Assembly (NCBI RefSeq): GCF_001194135.2
Contig: NC_068990.1
Span: 82,813,055-82,877,054, forward strand
Direction of reading: 5' to 3'
DNA from: Octopus bimaculoides
Lineage: Eukaryota
Length of the DNA stretch: 64,000 nucleotides
This document shows positions 37,937-53,073 of the stretch, in pieces (position 1 is the stretch's first letter; each line of letters begins with the position of its first letter). The translations under genes were made by a program, and so were the position numbers. The notes under the pieces were generated by a model. It was not told the DNA's origin and did not search any database. It was given only the letters and a program-made list of their open reading frames with translations.

Positions 37937-39380
37937 AGAAACCGTAACGTTTGTAAAATGAGAAGTATTGATTTTGCAGTGAATTCTTCGACAAGTTGTA
38001 TTTCCTCATTCAGTGTTCATGTTTACTGTGAAACAAAGTGTTAAGCGTCAATTTCCGAACTTATGTAACAATAAATAGGTGACAATGTGCAACATTGACA
38101 ATTAAATTGTTGTGATTTAATTAGTCACCGGTTAATTAGGTGACATGATTGGGCTTAAAACCACCTTAGATTAATTTACAAGGTTATTATTTTTTTTTTT
38201 CCGTGGTATGTTACTAGTTATCCATTCTAGAAAAGTAATTAGGCGATATACTTTTATATCAAGTTATTGGTATCACATCTGGTTTTCAATAATCATCGAC
38301 GTGTTTGTCTGTATTAGAGTAAGTTTCCTGATTATAGCAGTTGTATCATGTAACCTTTTAATGAGTATCAGCATTTATAAGCAGCGTAGGTGTAATAGAT
38401 GACACATCCAATAATTATACATAGCATCAGATTTTAGGAAATCTGCTTGGTGTGATAGCACCGATCATACCATGGCTTTCATGCGGTGCACGTCTGTGTG
38501 TAATTTCATTTGCAGATTGAATTCTGCAAACAGAATTAACTTGAAATATCAAGATTTATTGTGGACAGATTTAAAAGCAAAACCTGAGACATATTTTAAT
38601 GGAAATCTTCGGTTCTTTTCTGAAGCGTTGTGGTATCTTAATCGTTCTTTCTTTCTAGATCATATGTTAAGAGACTAAATTGCGGGAGATTTGATGTTTA
38701 ATCCAGTAAGGGTCTTAATATATCCTGCCAATTATTTGGTCTTAGAAGTTTATAAGAGATTACGTATTAGAGGAATGTATCTAGCCCGGTATATAGTGTT
38801 ATCGCATTATACAACGGCACCTATAAACAGCTTATAAATAGATATCGCTCAAGTGTGACTAGGTCCAACACTGAATACTTTGTAAAGATTAAATACTAAA
38901 TTTTCTATCTGAATGTATCAAGCCAATTTGATGAAAAGATTCTCAAGTTACGAAAAGGTTCTGCTGTTGAGTTTAGTAAAATATTGATTTCTCGCGAAAG
39001 TGTTTGACTATTTGTTTTCATTTTACGTTTAAAAACTCAACTCGTCTAATGAAAAATAAAAAAGAAAAGAAAATATTTGATTTCATTCATGAATTTATTT
39101 ATTTATTTATTTTATTTATTTTATTTATATTGTTTCGACAGAAAGATTTCTTTGAAGTGAGTTTGGATTTTAGAAGTCGACACTTTCTCATTCGAGTTAA
39201 TGATTGGATTGACTGTTTTATTTCTTGAACACAGAGAAGGTTGGGCGATGTGAAATAGCGTTAGTGGTGCGTGTCTTAAATGGCGATCAGCTGAAAAGCC
39301 GACTGACCCATCCGGAATAAGACGGCAATTAACAAAATGAAGTCACTCTAGAAAATTAACAGGCTCTGAAACTACCGTTT

Positions 39381-39430
<50 letters not shown>

Positions 39431-39724
39431 GCCATCACAACCACCACCACCACTACTGCTACTGCTACTGCTTATTTTTCCTTTATTCTGCTACTGCTGC
39501 TGCTGCAACTGTCATGAACAACATTTATTTTATTTCTCTACCGTCATCCTCAACAGAAATAGCAACATCTCTACAATTACCATCATCATCTTCACCATTA
39601 GTATCATTCCTCATCTTCTGCTACTGTTAATACTTTAACCATAGCCAACATTACCGCCTCATCACCTGAATACCTTATTACCTCATCAGATTACCTACTA
39701 TTAGTTTTAAATTAATTTTTTTTT

Positions 39725-40110
39725 TCAATCAGCAATTCTGGTGGAGCGAATAGATTACATCGACTTCAGTGTTCAACTGGTACCCATTTTATCGACCCAG
39801 GAAGGGACGAAAGGCAAAAACTCGACATTGGTGGTATTTGAGCTCGGAACGGACGAAATGCTGCCAAGTAGTTTGCACGGCGGGCTAACGAATCGGCCAG
39901 CTGGCACCTTAACAAATCTCTTATTATTGATTTCAAACTTTGGCACAAGGCCAGCAATTTCATCGGAAGGCGTAAGACGATTACATTCATCCCAGAACTC
40001 AACTGGTACTTATTTTATCGAACTCGAAATGATGAAAGGCGAAGCCGACCTCAACTGAAATTGGTTTCAGAACGTAAAGCCGGAGGAAATGCGGCAAAGC
40101 ATTTTGTCCG
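39725..40110 (-). mobile_element. Two adjacent diverged SINE A copies
   Basis: gattacatcgac...aaggcaaa...gagctcggaac, and ggcacaagg...gatgaaaggcgaagccgacctc. Confidence 0.7.
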
Positions 40111-40116
40111 ATGTAC

Positions 40117-40431
40117 TACAAAGACCTGAAAATAAGGTAACTCGAATGTGGAGTCTAAAAACAGAAGCAATTCCTATCATAAGGTATTTTATCATTAGGT
40201 ATGATAAAAAGAATATTCAGAGAAATACATAACAAAAACACCAGGACTAGCAAGTATATATAACATACAGAAAATAGCACTACTAGGTACTGCACTCATC
40301 CTACGTAAAACACTTTCAATACAGTAACCATAAGAGCATCACAACAAACCACAGCACACACCCAAGGCACACAGAGCTGCGCTCGGTAGTGCATTGAAAG
40401 CAAGTGATGAAAATAAAGACTACTGAATAAT
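40117..40431 (+). mobile_element. R4/Dong-like LINE 3' end (RLE C-terminus plus 3' UTR)
   Basis: With frameshifts: YKDL..VTRMWSLKTEAIPII...KYITKTPGLASIYNIQKIALLGTALILRKTLSIQ* (stop 40325-40327); ends actactgaataat. Confidence 0.85.
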
Positions 40432-40799
40432 CCTAAAAATGTACGTTGTTTTGTATTGGTATAAAAATGGGCTACAGCAAATATTCTGCTCAATACCACA
40501 GATTTGCTTGTCAGTTGTTTCACCATAACCAGTTAAGCATGTTTCTTGATGGCTGACAATATGTGCAATTCTGACCACAAACAGAAGTAATGGGGAAACA
40601 TCATAACTCATTCTCCTGTTCGACACCCTTTGTAACTAAAAGTGTTTGTTCCCGTGTTGAGTGTGGTTGACTCCCTGCAAAGTTGGCCTTGCCTTTTGGT
40701 TTTATTTTTTGTTTCTGGGTTTTCTTTGTCCTTCTTGCCCGTTCTAGATTCACTAGTAATCTATTCCCCCGTTTGCTTTCCATCCCCGCTTTATTAACA

Positions 40800-41250
40800 T
40801 TAGACGATGGAGTGGCAAGCTTAATTATTGTGAAAAAAACTGAATAAATCGGCCACTTTGTTATTTTCAGGTAATGAGAACAAAGGTGGTCTGTGATCTT
40901 GCAGACCCGCACCTAACGTCTCTCCAAGAACTTCCAACTATGTTGATTGCTGTTGCTCCTTCTGTTTTACCCCTTTTAGTTTTATTCTCAGGTTTGTAGC
41001 GGCTGGAAATGTTGGGCCTAATTACAGCAATGCACCCACTGGGCATCTAGAAGAGTCGACAACTCCAGAAGGGATCAATTGTTTTGTTGGTTCAGGTGCA
41101 ATTGTATCTCCAAATAGTACCCCACCCAGTAATATTCTGTCAAAAGTCAGATGAGCAGTGAATCCCTGCTTATGTTATGCAATAAATGTAACCACAGATC
41201 GGGATGGTCAATACTGGTGTTTTATCTCTGTAGGATTAGTTTGAGGGAAG
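40800..41250 (-). mobile_element. Decayed Jockey/CR1-like LINE 3' RT region
   Basis: VIRPNI...AINIVG and KVADLFSFFH resemble IRPxLEY / KVADLSLFY motifs. Confidence 0.4.
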
Positions 41251-42012
41251 GCATATAGCACAAACCATAAGCTGTCTCCCAGTCTCTTCGTAGGTTTTAA
41301 ACACAGCTCAATTTTTATGTTCTCCCTCACCCAGTGTTGGAAATCTCAGTTCATGTATGAGCGAGTGCTGCAATTTTTTTCGATGTAATATGGAAGCCTC
41401 TACCCTTTTGTAACGTACAAGTCGATTACCGTTCTTCTCTCTCGTGGCAACTTTTAGGAGGGAGCTGCCTGATTTTATGTTATAATATGCCTGGAACACA
41501 TCTCTTGAAAAACGCGTATGCAAAAGATACGCAATAGTTATATTTCTATCGTTATTTGCAGTTGGCAAAACTTGTAAGTGTTGTCAAAAAATCACTAAAA
41601 TTCTTCATAGTAATGTCATTTTCTATAGAGAAATCATATTTGCTTTCTTTAAAAAAATAATGAAAAACATTTGTAATGTGTTCTTCAATATTCTCGTTCA
41701 TTTTGTGTTTTGTTTGTAGTGATACACGTTTTCATCATTTTTCTGTTTTTGGGTGGCGCGGGGGGGAGGCATGGTTGGAATTTCTCTTAACCGTTTTGTA
41801 TGGCATATGTATGAATAAAGATGAGTAATGTAACACAAATATTATTTGTTTAAAAGCAAACATGATTTTTCATCTCAACCCTGTATGGCAGTTATCCAAT
41901 TTCTCCGGAGCCACTGAATGCGAATATATTCGGAAACCAAATTCTCATTCCATGCGGTTTTACGTGGTGATATACAGCCAGTACTTGACTATACAACATT
42001 TTATCGACTACA

Positions 42013-42093
<81 letters not shown>

Positions 42094-42285
42094 TCTTTCT
42101 ACTATAGACACAAGTCATGAAATTTGGAGGGACGGTGTTAGTCGATTACATCGACGCCAGTGTTCAATTGATACTCATTTTACCGACCCTGAAATGATGA
42201 AAGGCAAAGTCGACCTCGGCGGAATTTGATCGCAGAACGTAAAGACGGACGAAATGCCGCTAAGGATTCTGCCCGACACCCTAAT
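42094..42285 (-). mobile_element. SINE family A1 next to (AAT)n 42013-42093
   Basis: ttctttctactatagacacaag...gatgaaaggcaaagtcgacctcggcggaatttg. Confidence 0.8.
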
Positions 42286-43177
42286 GATAGCCTTAGCCAT
42301 CTCACAGCCTTGGCCTTGCGCATATATTAGACATGATTACTACTGCTATCGAGTAAAATACGTGAGGCACCTCTTATGTTGAAGGCTGCCAGAATTGTTA
42401 GCGATTCGCTAGTTAGCTATTGTACTTTATGCTCCATACCACCGACGACAGCATTGCATTTCAGCCTAACGGTGGTGGGGGCCGACAAAAATAAGAACTT
42501 GTCAAATACGGAATAAGTCATAATCAACAATATTCTTGCCACAGAACGGAGGTCTAGTGACCATGTCGCAGCTTCGTATGTTAAAGGTGATGATGACGAT
42601 AGTTTATGACATATGTTACTTTGGACAGTGACTCAAAACTGCGCTATCGTCAACAGCCTCCTCTAATACTATTGTCACGAAAGTAAGAAGAATGTTACGA
42701 TAGAAAACCATTTCATCATAAGTCTCCTTTAATAATGCTGACCTAAACTTAACCACAAAGATCATAGTGAATTTGGCATTCCTTCAGCTACTACCTTTTT
42801 AGATAGACGTTAAAATACTGAGATTGAACATAAATTTAGTCGGGTCGCAACAGTCAGAGAGTAGTAGCTGCAGTGATTCACCTAGGAATATATTCCATTG
42901 GATTCATCCCAAATGTTAAGAATTTTGTTTGTCATGGAAGTTTAGATATTTCATTTGCCACCTCATGGAGGCTGGAATATTGCCATACAGTCGGTGAATC
43001 TCTATGGCTGGAATATTGCCATAAGAGTTGGTGAAACAGTGAACTGAGTAGAATAATAAATTCGATGACTTTGAGTTTCTGATGATTTCTCATGGCGGAC
43101 ACGTACAAAGAACTTTACCAAAATATGCTAAAATACACTCTAAGGGGTAAATTTTACTTCAAATAATAGCTCGTCGC

Positions 43178-43208
<31 letters not shown>

Positions 43209-43799
43209 NNNNNNNNNNNNNNNNNNNNNNNNNNNNNNNNNNNNNNNNNNNNNNNNNNNNNNNNNNNNNNNNNNNNNNNNNNNNNNNNNNNNNNNNNNNN
43301 NNNNNNNNNNNNNNNNNNNNNNNNNNNNNNNNNNNNNNNNNNNNNNNNNNNNNNNNNNNNNNNNNNNNNNNNNNNNNNNNNNNNNNNNNNNNNNNNNNNN
43401 NNNNNNNNNNNNNNNNNNNNNNNNNNNNNNNNNNNNNNNNNNNNNNNNNNNNNNNNNNNNNNNNNNNNNNNNNNNNNNNNNNNNNNNNNNNNNNNNNNNN
43501 NNNNNNNNNNNNNNNNNNNNNNNNNNNNNNNNNNNNNNNNNNNNNNNNNNNNNNNNNNNNNNNNNNNNNNNNNNNNNNNNNNNNNNNNNNNNNNNNNNNN
43601 NNNNNNNNNNNNNNNNNNNNNNNNNNNNNNNNNNNNNNNNNNNNNNNNNNNNNNNNNNNNNNNNNNNNNNNNNNNNNNNNNNNNNNNNNNNNNNNNNNNN
43701 NNNNNNNNNNNNNNNNNNNNNNNNNNNNNNNNNNNTATATATATATATATATATATATACATACACACATAGATATGTATATATGTGTGTGAGTAAGTT

Positions 43800-43900
43800 T
43801 CTTTTATTCATTTATTTGTCTTAGTCATTCGACTGCGGCCATGTTGGAGCACAGCCTTTAGTCGAGCAAATCGACAGCAAGACTTATTCTTTTTAAGCTT
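43800..43900 (-). mobile_element. SINE family B 3' tail fragment
   Basis: gtcattcgactgcggccatgttggagcacagcctttagtcgagcaaatcgac. Confidence 0.75.
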
Positions 43901-44774
43901 AGTTGCTTCTTAACACACAGCCACCCCTGCGCCTGTACATACATACATTCAGACACACACACACAATCACACACACACACACACAGACACACACACACGT
44001 ATATATCAGTAGATATAAATTCATGTGTGTGTTAGTACGTATCGATGTAGTCACACATACGTATACACAAATGCACATATATGCGTCTATAGTATGTTTA
44101 TATATATGTGGTTGTGTTGAAGATTTCTTCTCTTTTATGCATGTGTATTCATAAAAGAATCAGTTTGCGTTAAGCGTATTTTTTGGCAGGCAGCCATCTT
44201 TCTATTAAAGTACAAACGTTCTAAAAGTCCATGGAAAAAATATATACACGACGTGTTTTCTTATATATAACGGAATGGTTATCTCACCATGGGAAAACCG
44301 AAGCAAGCTATGTTTTATAGTAGCACATATTTTCGAAGAAACATGTGACCCTGTTCTTCTTTATATAAATAATATTCATAATCATGCCCTCTAATCATGA
44401 AATTCGATGGTTAAATAATTTTAAAATATCACTCTGAATTCAAAAATAGTGTAACATTCAATATTCATGTCATTTGAAATAACCATGTACATTTATCTTT
44501 TCATGCAAATTAGATCATCTCTTTGAAACTTACGGATATATTAATTCTTTGGATTCTTGATAATATATGTGAAGAACGGTTGATAGGTGAGTAATTTTAA
44601 AGATATTTATCTATGACTAAGATATTACAAAGTGACTAATAATATTCCCAATTCTCAAAAGTTAAAACCTGAAAGGTTTTGGTTTGTTATGAGATGAATG
44701 TGAATCATATATTAGTGTATCACTTAGCTTCATCCGACTACATATATATGATAGATAGCTAGACAGATAGATAT

Positions 44775-44833
<59 letters not shown>

Positions 44834-47212
44834 TGTGTATATATATATATACATGTATTTATATAATATACATATATACATATATATATACCTATATGTA
44901 TATACATATAAATATATATATACACACGCACACATATATATATATTTATATATACACCCATATATGGATGTGTGTACGGATGAAATATAATAATACATAC
45001 ATGTGTATCTATGTAATCCGTGTCAATTCATTGTGTGTATTTATGTATGTCTGCATGCATGTATGTTTGTATTTATGTAAGTGTGTATGTATGTACGTAT
45101 GTATAGATGTTTGTACGTATGTATGTCTTTATGTATGCATATATGTATGTATTTATGTATGTATGTACGTATGTATGTTCTTCAGTTTTAATTATCTAAA
45201 TTATTCCTGTGGGGAAGGAACTGATTTCTAACAAACATACAAAGTTCCATCTTTGGAATGTAGATAACAAAAGCAATATCACATTTTAAACTTAAGAAAA
45301 GTCATGCATATCTTAACTGTTCCACTTATAAATTGTATTTGTGATATGCGTGTCAGCTGGTTGAAATCTTTATCTGGAAGCCTTAGTTTATTCAGATTCT
45401 CACTTAAGCATTTACACGCAAAACCAAGGCAGCAATTATTATTGGTAAAGATGTGAAATTATAATCTAGATAAAAAAAAAGCTGGTGGTGTTGAAGTATT
45501 TTAGATGTATATGAATATGTAAATGAAAAGAAACTTTTATACCTTGCTTTAAAACATATCCTTGTGTAAATTACTGCTCATCTATAAATTTAGTAAAACA
45601 ATTAAACACGGATGATGAAATGGATAGAAAAACGGAAAATGCAGTAGGTTATATGATAAAATAGATAAAATAGATAATGGATTCGAGGCGGGTGTTAGTT
45701 AAACTACAAAGAAAAGATCAATTATTTAATCGATGTGTGAACAATGGACTTTGATAACGTATTTACTTGCCTCTAAAAACATTAGTAACGTTAGTGAATA
45801 AACGTATCATATTTTCATCGAAACAGGACACAAAATTTGGCATACATTAAATGGAAGTTTAACAAGTGTAATCATAAAAAAAGGAATGTGCTGTGTGAAG
45901 AGTTGTTAAGCGGTGGCATTCCTTTTTACTTCCTTTTTTATTTCTCTTTTTCTACTCAGTTTGCAATTCTTTTACGTCAATGGGTAGCATAATTGCCAAT
46001 ATTTGCAATCTGATTCATATGAGTTCGTCGCAGTTGTCATCAACATGAAGCCGTTAAGGCAATAAGAGGTTATTTTTTATTCAACTCACCCAATATATAC
46101 GCATATTAATATATCTAATACGAACAACATGAAATACAATAAATACAATGTGTTCATAGGTTGTTTTTGTTATCCTGTATAGTCATTGTTTCTCCGATAT
46201 CACACACTTTTCTTTTATGATAGGTGTTTGGGTACATACATACTCATGCAAACACACGCACATATTCTGCTGCAGAAATCGATGTTTCTCAATGCAAGAA
46301 GATTGCAAACATGGCCATCTACGTATGACGGAGGACGCCACCTGATGTTTTATTCCAACAAGAGCACGTAACTCAAGAAGGTCAGTATCTTCACGTGTCT
46401 GGATGGTGAGGCGGGTTCTGTGTTGCTTCCAGTAAGGAGCATTTTCTTATACGCAAAGAACAAGCCTTGGATTACTTGTAACAAGCTTCAAAACACCCAG
46501 CAATCAAGTATTTCAAAGACAACAAGGATTATATTCTTCTCTGTGAAGCCAAAACCGGGACAAAGAGCTTCAATATTGTCTTAATGGTACGGTACATTCA
46601 CCAGACCTTTTTTTATGACCCCAAAACTATTATGGCATAAGTACAAAATCGGAGGAAATGATTTAAGGACACATTCTACTCATCTCTACTATAGTTGCTC
46701 AAAGCAAGGTAGGCATTGCTGGCCACTGCTATCGTGCTGTACAACCGGCAATACATTTCTGAGATTTCTGCTTCCTAATAGAAGTCGTATACGACTCAGT
46801 GCACTAACACACGGCACGGGTTTGAGGCTGTGCCAAAGCTAACAGATTTCTGGTAGGCATCGTAAAAGGCAATTCCGTTGTAGTAGCTTAAACGAGTTTT
46901 CGATTCTTCAGTAACATTAAAAAATTATAGTCTGATTAATTAACATTACCGCCAGTAATACCAACAATCGCTGTTACCAAATTAAAAGAAAGATCGTATA
47001 CAGCCTCCAGATATGTAGAATCAGTAGATAAATTCTCTCAAATCAGACCCAGTCGTATTTAAAAGCTTTCCAAAGTTAAAACAAAAATATGTAAGAAGAT
47101 GGCTTTTAGTAAATATAGGCCTACATTGCCCAGTATATCTTTTGCGGAGGACCCAAAGCGCATAATGTTATAAAACTGCAGGATATTTACGTCTGAAACG
47201 CTTTTGATTATA

Positions 47213-48741
47213 CACTGAAGTGCAAAAGAAACTCGAGACGTGTGTGACTGTGAAATATGTTTTAATTTCATTATGTCATAGATGAATTTTGATAAATCTG
47301 ATAAATTCGATTTCTTGAATGCACTTTGACCATAGTCTATGCATTGTTGTCATGTGTTCTAGTAGTGGGCGGATCCAGCACATCGAGATTGTAGGTTGTG
47401 AAATGTTCAATGCTGTGTATTCTCTCTCTGGCTGTTCAAAACGACCATAAACCGTCGGTTCATGGAGTGCATGAGGCGATTCACAAAAGCTATTGGCACC
47501 TGTGCCCACACCCTGAGGGAAGCTGCCTCTAGTTCTACAAGAGTTATCGACCTTGGGACCACCTGGCTCAGCCGTCTCTGGATTTCATCCCACAAGTGTT
47601 CAGATGTGTTCAGATCTGGGCTGAGAGATGGCCACGGCATGGTTCTGATGTTGTGTTGACGCAGGAAGTCCATGTTGACCCTGGCCGTGTGGGAGAGAAC
47701 ATTGACCTGCTGGAACGCATGGCTATGGTGACGCGCGAAGAAGGCCACGATGTGAGGTCTTAGGATCTGGCCAACGCAGCGCTGCACTGTGATGCCAATC
47801 CTTCTGCCTGAACCAACATTTTGGAACACAGTTCTCTGATTCAGGCCTATAGCATCCCAAACCATGATGCTTTGGCCACCCCACACGTCTCTCTCCATGA
47901 CACATGCGTCTCTGTAGCGTTCATCCCTCCTACGCCACACCCTCACTCTGCTATGCGAAGTGTTAACGCATTACTGGTTCTCATCAGAGAAGACTATTGA
48001 CCTCCATTGTTGATGCCGCCAATGTCAGTGCTGTGTAGCCCACTATAGTCGTGCCAGACGGTGGTGGTCAGTGAGGACAGGCTCTCGAGCTGGACGATGG
48101 CAACGCAGGTTGTTGGTGGCCAGTCGACGTCGTGCCGTCTCGTTGCTGATGGGTCGCTGTTCAGTGCCAATGGTCTCGCGAGCTGTCACGCTGGCCGTTC
48201 TGAAGCAATCACGGAGATGTTGCAGGTTGATGAAGCGGTCCTGCATGGGCGTAGTCACCCGGGGGCGCCCTCTGCGGCCACGTTCTGCAGTGCTGTTGGT
48301 GTTGTTGTATCGCTGTTGCAGGCAAAAGATGGTGCTGACATGGACATTGTAAGCTTTCGCAAAAAACCTGGCACGGATGCGCTGCTTCCAATCGGCTGAT
48401 AGCTTGTTCTCCCTGCGCTGCTGATAATCGGGTCATAGCTGATGCGCCAAAACTACGAATGCCAGGAACGCGGTCCAAGTTGACTTTTATGCTCATAACC
48501 CCCACGAGATGTACGTGCATTTCAGTTTTCATGACAACTGTTTGCGACTGCCACCCACAGCATTCAAAGGAGCTGCGTTTTGGCGTATCGTTTCAAAGTT
48601 GAAAAGTTACGTGCAGTTTGGGTCTCAGCCATAAACCAGCATGTCTTGGAATATTTACACTTACATCCCCAAAATAAATTTTCAGAATTTACCATATAAA
48701 AATGACATTTGTAGAAATCGCGTTCTTTTTGCTGTTCAGTG
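47213..48741 (-). mobile_element. Full-length Tc1 element (1529 bp), imperfect TIRs, TA TSD
   Basis: TA|cactgaagtgcaaaagaaac ... cgttctttttgctgttcagtg|TA. Confidence 0.85.
47407..48436 (-). pseudogene. Tc1 (DD34E) transposase pseudogene
   Basis: MTRLSAAQGEQAISRLEA; TTPMQDRFI; VFSDENQ*; RVWRRRDERY; QQVNVLSH (from QQDNARPH); WPSLSPDLNTSEHLW. Frameshifts, stops and loss of the second catalytic D. Confidence 0.92.
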
Positions 48742-49804
48742 TATGTCTGTTCAATTATAGTCGATATCGACGTTAAAAACAACATCTGTTACAGTATAAG
48801 CTCCGTGAATTACACCAACAATAGTAACTATATGAAGAATGCAAGTATTTAAAGACGATATATTTTACAGAATTATGAATTAATAATACAAAACAAGTGT
48901 ACATAATTGAGTAACCAAGTTCATATTTAGCATACAAAAATGTATATAGATATATACAAAATGACTTTTTAGTAAAATGTAGGAAACAATTATCATATCA
49001 ACTATTTACAATAACTTCTAATGGAAACAGCTGTGGAAAATAAATACTGATATAAACATAATCCTTTCGACATTTAGATAATGTTTTCGTTTTTAGCATT
49101 CTTATTCGTAGATAAACGACTTCATGTCGTCAATAAATTTCAATAGAAAGTGCTTTAGAACATTTGCTACAGTTTTATAGGAAACCAGAAAATCGACATA
49201 CTACATAAAATTTCATATGAAACATGTCGGATAACAGAATTATGCAAATTAATTTTAATGAAGCATTTAAAAATTCTGATAGATCATCTTCTTGTCAAAT
49301 TCATTACAATTTCATTATTAATTATACGAATACAATAAAGGATGACATTACTTTTCCACTCAAATTTAAATGTAAATGAAATGAAAATAATGTTTTGTTT
49401 ATTTTATTTTATTTTTTTTTTCATTGGTTAAAAGTTATTTCATTGAACTTTTATAAACGTTTAGTGTTGATTTGTTAGAACAGCATCGCACATTTCTTGA
49501 AGAAGAAAATTTTTAATAAAATACGTAAACAGTTATCTGGAAGAACTTACAAAACAAGAATCTATTATTCCCTCCAGTAACACTTTCAACTGTATGGACA
49601 TCATTTGAACACTTCCTATATATATGAGTAAGTTCGTATGCTGTGGACATAAGTATTCTCAATACTATTTCAGATCTGTACAAAAAATAATTTTACTCGA
49701 AGAAATAGTGAGTTCCGAAGCGTCAGTATCCTACTCTCCCTACATAGATGTTATTTAAACCCATAAACGATATTTTGTGTGGTATCATTTATTGCCACCA
49801 ATCG

Positions 49805-50106
49805 TCCTAATGAAATGCAAAGGAGCACTAACAAGACTTCAGATTCTCTTCTAAAGCTTCTTCGCAACTGGGAGATTTCCCAAAAAGTTAACGGAAGGCA
49901 TAATATACCCTATTTATAATACAGGTCGCAGAGCAGATGCTAAAAAGTATAGACTTGTCTCTCTAACCTCCGATGTCAGGAAAATCATGGGACGCTTTGT
50001 CATTAAGTATCTGGTTGCGTTCCTTAAAAATAATGACTTACTCCCTGACATCCAGCATGGCTCCCACTCAGGAAGAAGCTGCCTTACACAGCTTTTGCAG
50101 CATTAG
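49805..50106 (+). mobile_element. CR1-type RT fragment
   Basis: FPKKLTEGIIYPIYNTGRRADAKKYRLVSLTSDVRKIM...LLPDIQHGSHSGRSCLTQLLQH*; absent from the ORF track because it lacks an early start codon. Confidence 0.85.
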
Positions 50107-50639
50107 CATTTAATTTAAACTGCGTTTTGTGTATGTCTCTAGTAGTATGCCGTCAAAGCACGGTTATTGCTTATGGTTACCTGGCGTTATCCACGGTAGT
50201 TGCACAATCGTCTCTTGTTCTACGTTATGAAGTCTACAGTGCACGTTGAGTATAGAAGAAACAATTGATAGATATTTTCCGTATCAATTGTTTCTACCAT
50301 ATATATATATATATATATATATAGATATATATATATATATATACATACATACATACATACACAGCACATACAATCACACAAGCACACCCACGTATTTAGC
50401 TAAGAATATCAATACTAAATATGGAGGCGCAGAGTAAATGAAAAGAGAAAAACAGAGAGGAAGAGGTGAAGATAGACAACGGAAAAGAAATGAAGTTGAA
50501 TACACATTTATCAAACAAATAGAAGATGTAGCAGGAAAGGAAACATTGACTTAAGTGTATGTTTGACGAATAAAGGGAGATGAAAGGAAAACATTTCACA
50601 TGGAGTTTTCGAAAGACAAATGCTAAGAGCAACCCTTAA

Positions 50640-51110
50640 TAAATCAAAAATTGACAGAACGTAGCAGCATAGGGAATGTGGGTGTAGGTGACATCATGAA
50701 TTATTTACTGTGCGAATAGAGGAAGGATACAAATTGAATAGGGTACATGATATGACAGGTAAAGAAAGGAAGAATACTGAAAGAATACAACATGCAGAAA
50801 ATTTGGTACCAACATCAGTCAGAAGATATAATAGAAAATGACTGGTGTAAGATCCTGTGGGACTTCGCTGTGAAGACTGCCAATGTAATAAATACAAGTA
50901 AAAGTGATAGGATATCAAAATATGAAATAAATATAACAGTATTAGATAAAATAAAAAGTAAATTGTAAAGCAGAAAGGAACAAATAGAAAAGAAATGATT
51001 TCAAAGAAGATTTTCTTAGTAAGAGAACGGTTAATTCTGGAGTAGCGCTTGTAAAATTGTCGCCGTTGCCATAGGCACCCTAAGATCAACATCAAGACAA
51101 TAGACTGACA
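50640..51110 (+). mobile_element. R4/Dong-like RLE endonuclease fragment, followed by (AAC)/(AAT)n
   Basis: IWYQHQSEDIIENDWCKILWDFAVKT; ITVLDKIK; WSSACKIVAVAIGTL. Confidence 0.75.
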
Positions 51111-51176
51111 TACATTGGAATTCAAACAACAAGAATAACAACAACAACAGCATCAACAAGAACAATAAAAATAATT

Positions 51177-51229
<53 letters not shown>

Positions 51230-51230
51230 G

Positions 51231-51291
<61 letters not shown>

Positions 51292-51589
51292 TGATGATGA
51301 TGATGGTGATTTTATTTGCCGCAAGGGCGAAAGATGAGGATGACAATACAAAAACAGGCTTAAAGTGCGGGGGTTTACATATAATGAAATGATAAAAAGA
51401 AAAAAAGGGAAGAAAGAAAGAAGTTAAGTATACACAGTGTACATTGAAAAAGAAGGGACATATGCATAGCGTAGAAAACTAAAAACAAAAAAATGACGGA
51501 GAGGATGATAGAGATGTGGCCCTCCTGATACAGGAAGGCCTCTAGGGATAATCGAGGAGCGCCACTGTCCGGGATTTCTCTGAAACCTC

Positions 51590-51756
<167 letters not shown>

Positions 51757-52562
51757 ATGCAATCGTGTTTGAATAAAAGATGGAATGGTCATCGGGGGAA
51801 CATGTTTCATCGTAGCTAGCATCAAATAAGTGCCAACTTTATGCTTAAAATACAAACAATGTCTGAATGAGAAAACATCTGTTTGATATATTTAATCTCT
51901 GTGTAATATTCCAAAATTGTTTCAAAAGTATTCCTCACCATCTTAAAAATAAAGGGCATATTACATAATGTAGTCCTAGATAGACTACGTCGGACGTTAA
52001 AATGACACGTATAAGGTATTTGATCGTTCGTGTACTTGATCATGCTTGATTTGGTATAAAAACCAATATATAATTTACTAGAGGTTAAAGATATTTCTCT
52101 CGAGTGCCACTGTCCGTTTAATATGATAATAGATGAGTTTGTGAAAAGCAAAATAAAAACAAAATATGAAAGAAAGAAAAATTAAACAAACCCCAAAGAA
52201 GTAGTTTGTACATATCACTTTAAAATAATATCATCAAACATTATGGTTGAGATGATGTGAAATGTTATCTAAAAACATAATAAACCATTTCAGTGCGACG
52301 TTAATCGACTTAGTAAATATTTGCTGTGGAAATTAGGAAATATTGTTATTGAACTTGACTTTATTAGTTTTATATAGATAAATTATAATACATTGCCTAT
52401 TCAAGTCACTTTATATGAATACAAACACGTACAAACGAACACAAACACATATTTCTAGACGCATACTTGCATACATATATAATCTCTCTCACACACATAA
52501 ATACCTAAATACACGCATACACACGTACACGTATATAGATCTGTACGTATATATATACATGG

Positions 52563-52597
<35 letters not shown>

Positions 52598-53073
52598 TCC
52601 ATGTGTATATATATTTGTGTGAGTGTGTGTTTGTATGTATTGTTTATACACGCGCCTGTCTCTTTCTTTCTCTCTCTTTCCCCCTCTCTTATTGTATGTG
52701 TTCATGTTTCTGCTCACGTGCGTTTCGTTATGCTTGTGTTACTTTTGTCTATGTATGCGTGTAATAAATGAAATCTTATGTAAACATTAAACTCGTATAA
52801 ACTTAATGGTATGTATATTGATATACACAGTTCTTTCCACTCACCACCGCAACCCCCCACGCTGTATCTCTCTTGACCTTAACACATTTATGAACAGAGA
52901 TCTTTGAGGGAGTTCATAAAACCACATTTTGAGACTCAATACGAAAAGTAGATACTACTGTTAAACCTCATATTTTCGTTCTCTGTCATCTAGAAATGGA
53001 TATTGGTTTGATATTTTCTGCATGTTTACCACTTCTTCAACGACGAAAGAGAGAATAGTTACTTGTAGAACAA

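Noticed and set aside
40991-41155. FVAAGNVGP motif (subtilisin-like) after a strong acceptor
   Set aside because: There is no good donor, and the opposite strand fits decayed Jockey/CR1 RT motifs better.
46250-46450. About 60-codon open frame on the minus strand, and a plus-strand cag|...|gtcagt pseudo-exon
   Set aside because: The plus candidate has stops in all three frames; the minus frame has no start, splice support or recognisable motif.
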